Part shown: one piece after another, positions 53,430 through 63,000 of the stretch
Layout of the letters: every line of letters starts with the position of its first letter
Numbering within the stretch: position 1 is the stretch's first letter
Origin: a virus
Taxonomy: Duplodnaviria; Caudoviricetes
Virus record (IMG/VR): IMGVR_UViG_3300002930_000508
Span: 4,482 to 68,481 of that record
DNA: 64,000 bases
Strand: one strand, 5' to 3'
Translations under genes and position numbers: made by a program
Notes under the pieces: model-generated
What the model saw: the letters and a program-made list of their open reading frames with translations, nothing else
What the model was told of the DNA's origin: nothing
The model's database searches: none

Positions 53430-53994
53430 GAAAAAAGGTCCTTCTCTTGCGGTTGGTCGTGGTGAAAAGTTGCCTGTATCTAAGGGTGCTGGGCTTACCG
53501 CCAAAGGTCGTGCTTGTGAGCTGTGCGGTGTAGACATTGGACACATGCGCAGCGATGCAAGATTTTGCTCTAGAAATCATAAGCGCATGACTAGTGATAG
53601 CAAAAGAGACTGGATCGCTGAGTACCAAAAAAATAAAGAAACACGTCAAACTCAGGCGCTACAGTACTATTATGCAGACCATCAAAAGTCAAAACTGCAA
53701 CAGTTAGAACGTCAAAAAGCTCGCTTACCAAAAGCTGCTGCGTATGAAGCCGCTCGTAGGGCGTTGAAAATCCAGCGTACCCCTGCGTGGCTTACAGAAA
53801 TTGATAAAGAACGCATTCAAAATGAGTATCAATTGGCAGCGCTACAGACTAAAATTACTGGTAAACCGTGGCATGTAGACCACATTATTCCGCTGCAAGG
53901 TGATTTAGTGTCGGGTCTTCATGTACCAAGCAATTTAATGGCGATGTTAGGAAGTGAAAATATTTCAAAACATAACAATTTTGAGGTTGCATAA
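53422..53994 (+). CDS. HNH endonuclease fused in frame to a 31-aa basic N-terminal fragment of its target gene
   Basis: Start at MAKKK (53422); CELC...FCSRNH; HVDHIIPLQGDLVSGLHVPSNL. Confidence 0.85.
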   Translation: MAKKKGPSLAVGRGEKLPVSKGAGLTAKGRACELCGVDIGHMRSDARFCSRNHKRMTSDSKRDWIAEYQKNKETRQTQALQYYYADHQKSKLQQLERQKARLPKAAAYEAARRALKIQRTPAWLTEIDKERIQNEYQLAALQTKITGKPWHVDHIIPLQGDLVSGLHVPSNLMAMLGSENISKHNNFEVA

Positions 53995-54251
53995 TGGCTA
54001 GTCCAATACGCAAGACAACCAAAGGAAAAGGTAGAAATTACCTAAGTACTAAAGAAGGCGCTGGGATGACAGCCGCTGGTCGTAAAGCATATAATGCAAA
54101 AACAGGCTCAAACCTAAAGGCTCCACAGCCCGAAGGCGGCCCTCGTAAGAAGTCATTCTGCGCGCGTATGTCTGGTATGCCCGGGCCTATGAAAGACGAG
54201 AATGGGAAACCAACTCGTAAGGCTGCTAGCCTAAAAAGATGGAAATGCTAA
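53994..54251 (+). CDS. Small basic protein (DUF6321-like)
   Basis: GAGMTAAGRKAYN...RKKSFCARM...SLKRWKC. Confidence 0.75.
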   Translation: MASPIRKTTKGKGRNYLSTKEGAGMTAAGRKAYNAKTGSNLKAPQPEGGPRKKSFCARMSGMPGPMKDENGKPTRKAASLKRWKC

Positions 54252-54252
54252 A

Positions 54253-54501
54253 ATGCTTTTAGATGATCAAACTAGATTAGAGCTTATACAGTTAGTTAAA
54301 ACCGCTGTTAATGAAGCAGTAGAACAACATCCACTTAGTCCAGATGAAGTACATTGGGTTCGTATGGCTATTGAGGCGCAAGCCGAACGTGCAAAATTAC
54401 GCAAAGCTATTATTGAGAAGTCTTTAGCTGGTTTAGTTTGGATTTGTATAGTGGCTGCTGGTGGTTGGGTAGCTGATTTTGTTTTAAGACACTGGAAATA
54501 A
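54253..54501 (+). CDS. Small protein with a C-terminal TM helix (holin-like candidate)
   Basis: KSLAGLVWICIVAAGGWVADFVL. Confidence 0.6.
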   Translation: MLLDDQTRLELIQLVKTAVNEAVEQHPLSPDEVHWVRMAIEAQAERAKLRKAIIEKSLAGLVWICIVAAGGWVADFVLRHWK

Positions 54502-54502
54502 A

Positions 54503-54886
54503 ATGCCATCAACAAGTAAAAAGCAACACAACTTCATGGCAGCAATTGCGCATAACCCTGCATTTGCTAAGAAGGTAGGAATTCCACAATCCGTGGGTAA
54601 AGATTTCAACAACGCCGATAAAGGCAAAAAATTTAGGAGTGGTGGTATGGCTAAGAGCGATATGAAAGAAGACATGTCAATGGACAAGAAGCAAGACGTT
54701 GCCATGCTCAAAAAAGCATTTAAACAACATGATGCCCAAGAACATAAAGGCGGTAAAGGCACAATGCTAAAACTGTCTAAAGGTGGTTCTGCGTCAAGCC
54801 GTGCTGACGGCTGCGCTACTAAAGGCAAAACCAAAGGCACAATGATTGCTATGTGTGGCGGCGGCATGTACAAGGGCAAGAAATAA
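54503..54886 (+). CDS. Small Lys-rich virion protein
   Basis: MPSTSKKQHNFMAAIAHNP; three xxGG motifs; ADGCATKGKTKG. Confidence 0.75.
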   Translation: MPSTSKKQHNFMAAIAHNPAFAKKVGIPQSVGKDFNNADKGKKFRSGGMAKSDMKEDMSMDKKQDVAMLKKAFKQHDAQEHKGGKGTMLKLSKGGSASSRADGCATKGKTKGTMIAMCGGGMYKGKK

Positions 54887-54887
54887 C

Positions 54888-55115
54888 ATGACTTCAGAAC
54901 AGCAAAAAGCGTATTACGCTGAAAATAAAGAAAGAGCTGTTAAAAAAGAGAAAGACAAAGACTACGAAGTTTTTGGTTCTCGCGGTGAAGCAGCTGTTAA
55001 AGGTATGAAAGAAGGTCGTATGGACGCTATGGGTACAGCCTATAAAAAAGGCGGCTACGTAAAGTCTGCAGACGGTTGTGCAACTAAGGGTAAAACCCGT
55101 GGAAGAATGATCTAA
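54888..55115 (+). CDS. Small Lys-rich virion protein (75 aa)
   Basis: Start reassigned to MTSEQQK; YKKGGYV; ADGCATKGKTRG. Confidence 0.7.
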   Translation: MTSEQQKAYYAENKERAVKKEKDKDYEVFGSRGEAAVKGMKEGRMDAMGTAYKKGGYVKSADGCATKGKTRGRMI

Positions 55116-55471
55116 TGAAAGCTTCTCGTGGAATGGGGGCAGTAATGCCTAGTAAAATGCCTAAAGGGGTTAAAAAAGCCCGTAGGGATGATACCGATTT
55201 CACGCAGTTTGCCAAAGGCGGTAAGGTAGGTAATGGTGTTACTGTTACTAAAGGCGGCACTGCCGCTGCTATGGCTAAGAAGCTATTACAAAAACCCGGT
55301 TCATTAACTGCGGCAGACATGTATTCAGGTGGTGGCTTGTATGAAAATATTCACAAGAAGCAAGAACGTATTAAAGCTGGCTCTGGTGAAAAGATGCGTA
55401 GTGTTGGAGCTAAAGGCGCGCCTACTAAAGCGGACTTTATTAAGTCTGCTAAAACTGCAAGGAAAAAGTAA
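55115..55471 (+). CDS. Small Lys-rich virion protein
   Basis: FAKGGKV and YSGGGLY; basic C-half. Confidence 0.7.
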   Translation: MKASRGMGAVMPSKMPKGVKKARRDDTDFTQFAKGGKVGNGVTVTKGGTAAAMAKKLLQKPGSLTAADMYSGGGLYENIHKKQERIKAGSGEKMRSVGAKGAPTKADFIKSAKTARKK

Positions 55472-55650
55472 TGGCTACTAAAAATTGGATTGCTGGCGCT
55501 ATTAAAAAGCCCGGTGCATTGCGTAAAGAGCTAGGTGTAAAAGCTGGCAACAAGATTCCGTCAGCAAAACTAGCTGCAGCTGCAAAGAAACCCGGTGTCG
55601 AGGGTAAGCGGGCTAGGCTGACGGAAACCCTTAAGGGCTTTAAGAAATGA
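55471..55650 (+). CDS. Small Lys-rich protein (59 aa), not in the ORF track
   Basis: Translated by hand as MATKNWIAGAIKKPGALRKELG...LKGFKK; coupled at both ends. Confidence 0.75.
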   Translation: MATKNWIAGAIKKPGALRKELGVKAGNKIPSAKLAAAAKKPGVEGKRARLTETLKGFKK

Positions 55651-56399
55651 CCGTAGTCGCACAAGCAGACTTTAACCTAGACCTATCTGAGATAGTCGAA
55701 GAAGCTTTTGAGCGTTGCGGCTCTGAGCTTCGCACGGGTTATGATTTGCGAACTGCGCGTCGTTCTTTAAATCTTTTGTTTGCTGACTGGGCAAACCGTG
55801 GCATTAATATGTGGACGATTGAGCAAGGCTCAATTCCTTTGATTCAAGGCGTTAATACGTACGACCTACCCAACGATACTGTTGATTTGTTAGAGCACGT
55901 AATTCGTACCAACCCGGGCGTTCAAAACACGCAGGCAGACCTTTCAATTACGCGCATCTCAGTCTCTACATACGCCACAATCCCAAACAAACTTCAACAG
56001 GCTAGACCAATCCAAGTGTGGATAAACCGTCAGTCTGGCGCAGTATACGCTGGAGATGCAAATACAACCCCTCCTGCTGGTTCTGATAATCCCAAGATAG
56101 TGATATGGCCTACCCCAGACCAAGGAAGCGTTGGAGACCCGTATTACACGTTTGTTTACTGGCGTTTGCGTCGTACCCATAATGCGGGCAACGGCTCTAA
56201 TACAATGGACATCCCGTTCCGCTTTTTACCTTGCTTAGTAGCAGGATTAGCATATTACATGGCGATGAAGATTCCCGGCGCTGATGCGCGTTTACCGATA
56301 TTGAAGCAACAGTACGATGAAGTCTGGCAGTTGGCATCTGATGAAGATAGAGAAAAAGCACCAGTTCGGTTTGTGCCACGCCGCATGTTTATTACCTAG
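55647..56399 (+). CDS. Head-tail adaptor / neck protein (P22 gp4-like position)
   Basis: ARRSLNLLFADW, IWPTPD and FLPCLVAGLAYY. Confidence 0.6.
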   Translation: MTVVAQADFNLDLSEIVEEAFERCGSELRTGYDLRTARRSLNLLFADWANRGINMWTIEQGSIPLIQGVNTYDLPNDTVDLLEHVIRTNPGVQNTQADLSITRISVSTYATIPNKLQQARPIQVWINRQSGAVYAGDANTTPPAGSDNPKIVIWPTPDQGSVGDPYYTFVYWRLRRTHNAGNGSNTMDIPFRFLPCLVAGLAYYMAMKIPGADARLPILKQQYDEVWQLASDEDREKAPVRFVPRRMFIT

Positions 56400-56408
56400 G
56401 GGTAATTC

Positions 56409-56837
56409 ATGCCAAATCAGTTTGCTTCCGGTAAATGGGCAATATCGCAGTGCGATCGCTGTGGGTTTCGCTTTAAGCTAAAAGAATTAAAAACAGAAAT
56501 TATTAAGACCAAGAAGTATAATCTGCTGGTCTGCCCCACTTGTTGGGACCCAGATCAGCCGCAGTTGCAGTTAGGTATGTACCCTGTTGAAGACCCGCAA
56601 GCACTGCGCAATCCAAGACCGGACAATACGTACTATCAAGCTGGATATACAGGCTTGCAGTTAAACCAGAATGCAGGAAACACCGAGAATGGCTTTGGTG
56701 ATCCTACAGGCGGCAGTAGGGTGTTTCAGTGGGGGTGGGCCCCAGTTGGTGGTGCTAGTAGCTTTGATAGCGTTTTAACACCAAATTACTTGATTGCAAT
56801 AGGACAAGTAGGTACAGTATCAGTATCTACAACATAG
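56409..56837 (+). CDS. Zinc-finger-containing late protein
   Basis: CDRCG...VCPTCWD. Confidence 0.7.
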   Translation: MPNQFASGKWAISQCDRCGFRFKLKELKTEIIKTKKYNLLVCPTCWDPDQPQLQLGMYPVEDPQALRNPRPDNTYYQAGYTGLQLNQNAGNTENGFGDPTGGSRVFQWGWAPVGGASSFDSVLTPNYLIAIGQVGTVSVSTT

Positions 56838-56847
56838 GAGAAGTAAA

Positions 56848-57048
56848 ATGACTTTTAAATCAGGCGCCGGTGGTATTGAATCCAAAGGCAAAACCAAAGG
56901 TAAAAATTTAGGCGACTCAGGCCCAAGTATTGGTATTCAAGCTGCTGCTAAAGGCGGTAAAGGCAAAATGGGTGGCGGCAAAACTAATGACCAAATGAAA
57001 TCAATGGGTCGTAACATGGCTAAAGTAGCTAATCAAAGGGGTCGTTAA
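56848..57048 (+). CDS. Small Lys/Gly-rich protein
   Basis: GGAG RBS; 66 aa. Confidence 0.7.
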   Translation: MTFKSGAGGIESKGKTKGKNLGDSGPSIGIQAAAKGGKGKMGGGKTNDQMKSMGRNMAKVANQRGR

Positions 57049-57050
57049 TC

Positions 57051-57275
57051 ATGGCTATTGAAAACAAACCAGCTAGCGCATATGCTAAGAACGGCACTTC
57101 TGTTGCCAATGGTGAGAGCGCTGTTGTTGATACAGGCAACGAGATGGACTCATTGCGGATTGCCGTCGGCAGTATTAGTAAAGGCAACAATCGCCCAACT
57201 AAAACAGATGGTATTAAAATTCGTGGAACTGGCGCTGCAACTAAAGGTACTATGGCTCGCGGGCCAATGGCCTAG
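57051..57275 (+). CDS. Small late protein
   Basis: 74 aa; IRGTGAATKG. Confidence 0.7.
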   Translation: MAIENKPASAYAKNGTSVANGESAVVDTGNEMDSLRIAVGSISKGNNRPTKTDGIKIRGTGAATKGTMARGPMA

Positions 57276-57289
57276 TAGGGTAAACCCGA

Positions 57290-57877
57290 ATGAACCGCTT
57301 TGGAGTTATTTATCTTGTTACCAATAAGCGTACTGGAGAACAGTACGTGGGGCAAACTTGCGAAAAATTAAGTAAGCGCATAAATAACCACAAAGCATCC
57401 ATTGGTAAATACAAAACTAAATTTGCTATTGCAATGCAGCATTATGGGTTTGAAAATTTTGAATTTAAAGAAGTATTTACTGCTTTTGGTAAAAACGAGC
57501 TAGATGCCGCAGAAAAACTATTAGTTGAAGAGTTTAATCCTATATACAACATGACCAAAGGCGGTAGCGGTCTTAAAGGCTATAAACCCACTCAAGAAAC
57601 TATTAAAAAACAAAGTGTTACTATGCAGCAACGTTTACAGGACCCTACTGTCCGTGCTAAATGGGTACAGGCGCAAATTGGCAGAAAACACCCAAAAGAA
57701 GAAGTAGAAAGAACTGCAAAAGCAAAATGGAAACCTGTATACTGCAAAGAACTTAGGGTGTCTTTCTTAAATCAAAAATATGCGGCTGAGTACCTAAATA
57801 CTTCGAAAGCTAATGTTTCTCAGCTAGTTAACAAAGGCAAAGTAAAAGGTTTATATACTTTGATTAGGGTGACTTAA
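57290..57877 (+). CDS. GIY-YIG homing endonuclease with NUMOD-like C-terminus
   Basis: GVIYLVTN..TGEQYVGQT; E...I....P.YNMTKGG. Confidence 0.9.
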   Translation: MNRFGVIYLVTNKRTGEQYVGQTCEKLSKRINNHKASIGKYKTKFAIAMQHYGFENFEFKEVFTAFGKNELDAAEKLLVEEFNPIYNMTKGGSGLKGYKPTQETIKKQSVTMQQRLQDPTVRAKWVQAQIGRKHPKEEVERTAKAKWKPVYCKELRVSFLNQKYAAEYLNTSKANVSQLVNKGKVKGLYTLIRVT

Positions 57878-58840
57878 ATCAATTACGTCCAATTATTCCA
57901 AGCAATACAAGATTATTCTGAGAACACGGAACAACTGTTTGTAAATAATATCTCTCGTTTTGTGCAAGAGGCGGAAGAACGTATATACAATTCGGTGCAA
58001 ATCCCAGCGTTACGTAAAAACGTAACCGGTAATGTTAGTACAGGCAACCAGTACCTGTCTTTGCCAAATGATTACTTGGCTTCTTACTCTGTAGCAGTTA
58101 TAGACGCAACAAACAACTACAACTACCTACTTAACAAAGATGTTAACTTTTTAAGAGAAGCATATCCAAGCGTTTCATACTCTGGCACCACATACCAAGG
58201 CACACCGGGGGGAGTACCAAAATACTACGCTTTGTTTGGTTCTCAATACACAAACGCTAATGAGCTTTCTTATATTTTAGCGCCTACCCCAGATAGCAAC
58301 TACGTAGTAGAACTGCATTATTTTTACTATCCTGTTTCTATTGTGCAAGGCGCTTTACCGGTAAATGCTCCCGTACCAGCGGGCTCTATTACAAACGCTG
58401 GATCTCTTTACACTAACGGCGTTTATTCTAATGTGCCGCTAACAGGTGGGTCAGGTTCTGGGGCGACGGCAAATATCACTGTTGTTGGGCAAGCTGTTAC
58501 TTCTTGTACTATTACAAACGGCGGTAATTTTTATGCTGTTGGCGATACTTTAAGCTTTAGCAATACATATACCGGTAGTTCTGGTTCTGGCTTTGTATAC
58601 ACCGTTTCTAGCGTTAATAACTCTGCGGGTACAAGCTGGCTTGGTGATAACTACGACCCTGTTTTGCTTTATGGTGCAATGCGGGAAGCTATGCTCTTTA
58701 TGAAGGGCGAGCAAGATTTGGTTAAATACTACGAAGATAAGTACATGGAAGCGCTACAACAGCTTAACCGCCTTGGTACTGGTCTGGAAAGAAACGACGC
58801 ATACAGGGTAGGGCAAGCGTCTATTAAGGTTAACCCATAA
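57878..58840 (+). CDS. Neck/tail structural protein; apparent start is a non-canonical ATC at 57878
   Basis: Frame is open from ATC-AAT-TAC right after the GIY-YIG stop (INYVQLFQAIQDYSEN...), 28 codons upstream of the track start. Confidence 0.7.
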   Translation: MNYVQLFQAIQDYSENTEQLFVNNISRFVQEAEERIYNSVQIPALRKNVTGNVSTGNQYLSLPNDYLASYSVAVIDATNNYNYLLNKDVNFLREAYPSVSYSGTTYQGTPGGVPKYYALFGSQYTNANELSYILAPTPDSNYVVELHYFYYPVSIVQGALPVNAPVPAGSITNAGSLYTNGVYSNVPLTGGSGSGATANITVVGQAVTSCTITNGGNFYAVGDTLSFSNTYTGSSGSGFVYTVSSVNNSAGTSWLGDNYDPVLLYGAMREAMLFMKGEQDLVKYYEDKYMEALQQLNRLGTGLERNDAYRVGQASIKVNP

Positions 58841-59268
58841 TGGCTATTCAACAAGGGCAGTGCACTGTATTTAAAAAGAACTGTTTAAGTGCTTTAGAGA
58901 ACTTTGCTGTTGGCACCCCGTACACGTACAAAATTGCCTTATATACATCGTTTGCCACTATTGGACCAAACACTACAGCGTACAACGCAACTAATGAAAT
59001 AACAGGTACCGGGTATACAGCAGGGGGCAAAATCCTCACTGTAATACCGCCAGCGTCTGACGACCAAACCTACACAGCGTATGTGTCTTTTGCTAATGTA
59101 ACTTGGAACCCCGCTTCCTTTACCACTAGAGGAGCTTTGATTTATAATGCCACTACAGGTGCCGCTGTTGCTGTACTTAATTTTGGGGCAGATAAAACCC
59201 CCACAACAAGCTTTACTGTAACTTTTCCAACAGCAACATCAACAACTTCTATTTTAAGGATTTCTTAA
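58840..59268 (+). CDS. Tail-associated structural protein
   Basis: YKIALYT...GYTAGG...GALIYN...AVLNFG. Confidence 0.7.
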   Translation: MAIQQGQCTVFKKNCLSALENFAVGTPYTYKIALYTSFATIGPNTTAYNATNEITGTGYTAGGKILTVIPPASDDQTYTAYVSFANVTWNPASFTTRGALIYNATTGAAVAVLNFGADKTPTTSFTVTFPTATSTTSILRIS

Positions 59269-59269
59269 C

Positions 59270-59875
59270 ATGCACAACGAAATTACAAACAACGGTGACT
59301 TTAGCAGTGCGTCATTAATCAAAAACGCTGACTTTACTGAAACAGTCGGCATGGAAGGTCGTTTCGAAGCTAAGTGCTACGATAAAGACGGAAACCTCAA
59401 ATGGGAAGAAACCATTGACAACTTGGTAATGGCAGTGGGCAAACAGCTTATGCTTGATACTATTTTGGGCGGTAGCGCATTTACTGCTACTGTAGTTATG
59501 GGTCTAGTATCTGGTGCTTCTACACCGACTTACGCTGCTGCTGATACTCAAGCATCTCACGCTGGCTGGTTAGAGTCTGGCTCTGCTAACGCTCCTACAT
59601 ACTCTGGCACACGCAAGACTCCAGTATTTAGTGCTGCAACATCAACAGGCACAACACCATCTAACGTAACAACTAAGGCAACTTCTTCTGCTGTATCGTT
59701 TACATTTACTGGTGCTGGTACTGTAGCTGGCTGTTTTATTAACATCAACGGTACTTCTGCTATTGATAACACTACAGGCACTTTGTACTCTGCTGGTTCG
59801 TTTACTGGTGGTAGCAAGACTGTTGCATCTACAGACCAATTAAACGTGACCTATAGTACTACTGCCACTTCTTAA
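59270..59875 (+). CDS. Tail-associated structural protein
   Basis: KWEETIDNLV...GTLYSAGSF...VTY. Confidence 0.7.
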   Translation: MHNEITNNGDFSSASLIKNADFTETVGMEGRFEAKCYDKDGNLKWEETIDNLVMAVGKQLMLDTILGGSAFTATVVMGLVSGASTPTYAAADTQASHAGWLESGSANAPTYSGTRKTPVFSAATSTGTTPSNVTTKATSSAVSFTFTGAGTVAGCFININGTSAIDNTTGTLYSAGSFTGGSKTVASTDQLNVTYSTTATS

Positions 59876-59893
59876 TCTCTATGGGGGTTAAAA

Positions 59894-60058
59894 ATGTCGA
59901 ATTGTGCGGTTATTGATAAAAATAATGTAGTAATAGGTATTATTGTTGCTGAACCAACTGACGTGCCTCCAGAAGGGTGTATGTTGGTGGTTGTTCCCTT
60001 TTGCGATATTGGTTATGTTTGGGATGGTAAAAACTTTAATCCACCAGTAGGTAGCTAA
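59894..60058 (+). CDS. Tail-fibre-associated small protein (54 aa), not in the ORF track
   Basis: Translated by hand as MSNCAVIDKNNVV...IGYVWDGKNFNPP; TAATG-coupled to the fibre gene. Confidence 0.7.
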   Translation: MSNCAVIDKNNVVIGIIVAEPTDVPPEGCMLVVVPFCDIGYVWDGKNFNPPVGS

Positions 60059-63000
60059 TGGCTATTTCATTTGTTGCAGCGGGTACAGATGTAACTCCGT
60101 CAGGAGGAAATTTATCTATTCCAGTTCCATCTGGCGTTGCAGCTGCTGATTTATTAATAGCTGTAGTAACAACTGGCGCAATAACAGTCACAACTCCAAC
60201 TGGTTGGACACAATTATTTTTCTATCAAACGGCAGCACCTTATACATACATATTTTATAAGTATGCTTCAGCGTCAGAGACTACACTTGTAATAGCAACA
60301 GCTAGTACACAAGCAAAAGCAGTAATGCTTGCGTATCGAGGAGGCGGTGCATTTCAAGTAGTCCCTACAGTTGCAACTGGAACAGGCACCACTGCAACAC
60401 CCAATGCGGTTACTACAACATACGCAAATGACTACATCATTAGTCTTTACACAACATCTAATGCGGCGGCAACATGGACTGCTAACGGGTCAACCACATC
60501 AAGAGTAAACAGTGCCGCCACAGCATCTTTTAATGGCATATTAGTTGCCGATGAGGCACAAGATAGTATCGGTTCGTCTACACCTAGAGGCGCAACGTTA
60601 TCCGTTTCTAGAGCATGGGTGGCAGTAGCTATTGGTTTAATTGAATCTGGAAGAACTCTTTACTGGGCAGGAGGTACAGGAAACTGGGATACCTCAACAA
60701 CAACTAATTGGTCACCTGTTAGCGCACTTTCTTTTACTGCGTCTTGCTCTGGATCAGCTTTAACTACAACAGGTTCTCCAGCGCTTGTTGTTGGCATGCG
60801 TGTTTGGTCATCTACTAATGCTTTTCTTGGATTTATCACAAGCGGCTCCGCAAATAGTTGGGTGGTTTCTATTGGAGGTACTTACGCTTCTCAAACAATG
60901 ACCGCTGCTACTACAGGCGTAGTGCAACCCAGTGCTTGGGACAATGTCATTATTAATACAGCTTCTAGTGTAGGTACGATTACGCTTACCAATGCAGTTT
61001 GTCAAGATTTAACTGTAACGGCATCCCAAGCCCTTACTATGGGTACAAGCGTTAATGATAGGTTGTCATTATTTGGAAGTATGAGTTTGCCAAGTGGCGG
61101 CTCTTTCGGCATATATGGCTTTAGTTGGTTTATAACTTTTGCTGCTACAACAACCGGTAAAACAATTACCACTAATGGAAAAGCACTGCCGGGTATTATT
61201 TTTAACGGTGTTGGTGGAGGGTGGACGTTAGGTAGTGATTTAACAATGGGCAATGCATCTGCCAGCACAATAACATTTACTAACGGTACTTTTAACACTG
61301 GCAACTTTAACATAACCTCAGTTCTTTCAGGGTTTGTGTATTCAGCAACAGGTACAGTAACGTTAAATTTAGGCTCGTCAACAATAGCATTAGGGAATAC
61401 AGCTCCTTGGCCTTTTGGAACAACAACGGGTCTAACATTTAACGCAAATACTTCAACAATAAATTTTACTAGCGGCGCTGGTTTTACTTTTGCTGGTGGT
61501 GGATTAACTTACTATAACGTTACCCTTAATTCTGCTGGAGCAACAGCCTCTAATACAAATACTTTTACGGGCGCAAACACATTTAACAATTTAACTTTTA
61601 CCGCACCAACTTCTGGTGGGTACATACAAACAACATTTAATGCAAACCAAGTAATCAACGGAACATTAACTGCCGGTGGAGCAACCGCTACAAATAGGGT
61701 TTGGTTAAAATCAACAACTACTGGTACGGCTAGAACTTTTACATCAGCAGCGGTTTCGTTATCAAATACAGATTTTACTGATATTACTGGCGCTGGCGCA
61801 GCTGCTCCGTTTACTGGTACAAACCTAGGAAATGCAACGGGTAATTCGGGTATTACTTTTACAACAGCTAAAATAGTTTATTGGAATTTAGCTGGAACTC
61901 AAAACTGGAATGCTAATGGGTGGGCGCTTAGTAGTGGTGGAACGCCAGCCGTAGGAAACTTCCCGTTACCACAAGATACTTGTGTATTTGATAATGCGGG
62001 TGCTATTACCCAAATTACAATAAATGCCATATGGAATATCGGCACAGTAGATATGTCTAACCGCACAAGTGCAATGACGTTTAATACAGGAAATGCCTCA
62101 AATTCTCCTAGTATTTATGGGGATTGGAAAAACGGTTCTGGAACAACATTAACTGGCTTAAGTACTGGCGCAATAAACTTTGTTGGAAGAAATACTCAGT
62201 CTATAACCTCTGCTTCAAAAACTTTTGGTCAACCAGTAACTATTAGTTCTTTGGGAGGAACAGTACAATTTGTAGACGCTTTTTCACTTTTAGGAACAGT
62301 ACCTTTAACTTTATCATTGGGTGGTCTTAACACCAATAGTCAATCCGTAAGTATTGGAACTTTTGCTTCCAACTTTGGTAACGTTAGAACAATAACACTG
62401 GGTTCTAGTACCATTACTGTAAGCGGTACGGGTTCGGCGTGGGCTTTTAGTTCAACTAATGGAACGGTTAACGCTGCTTCATCTACTATTATTTTAAGTG
62501 ATAACTCTACAACTACTAGAAGTTTTGATGGTGGTGTGTATACCTACGGCACACTTACGATTGGCGGAGCAACATCAACATCTATAACTCAAATTTCTAG
62601 CGTAGTAGGAGGAGCAACATTTGCAACAATTAATACTACAAAAACAGTAGCGCACACTATCCAGCTTGGTGGGCAAATTAACGTAACAAACTGGGAAATA
62701 ACTGGGACCGCTGGAAACGTAGTAACTTTAGCAAGTACTTTAGTAGGCTCAAGAAGGGTATTAAACTATATAGGAAGTAGTACAGCAGTGTCTATGGACT
62801 ATATGTCTATTACCGATATTGATGGACGACCATCCACATCGGCAACACAGCCTTATGTTTGGTACGCTGGTGCAAACTCTACCAACGGGGGTAGTAATAC
62901 TGGCATAGCTTTTATTGCATCAACATTTAGAGCGTACCTTTTAACAACGGGGACACAGTGGACAATACCTTCTGATTGGAATGACGCTAGTAATACTATT

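Noticed and set aside
57276-57895. Group I intron around the GIY-YIG gene
   Set aside because: The ORF fills the whole interval, with no room for a P3-P9 core and no convincing U/G splice junctions
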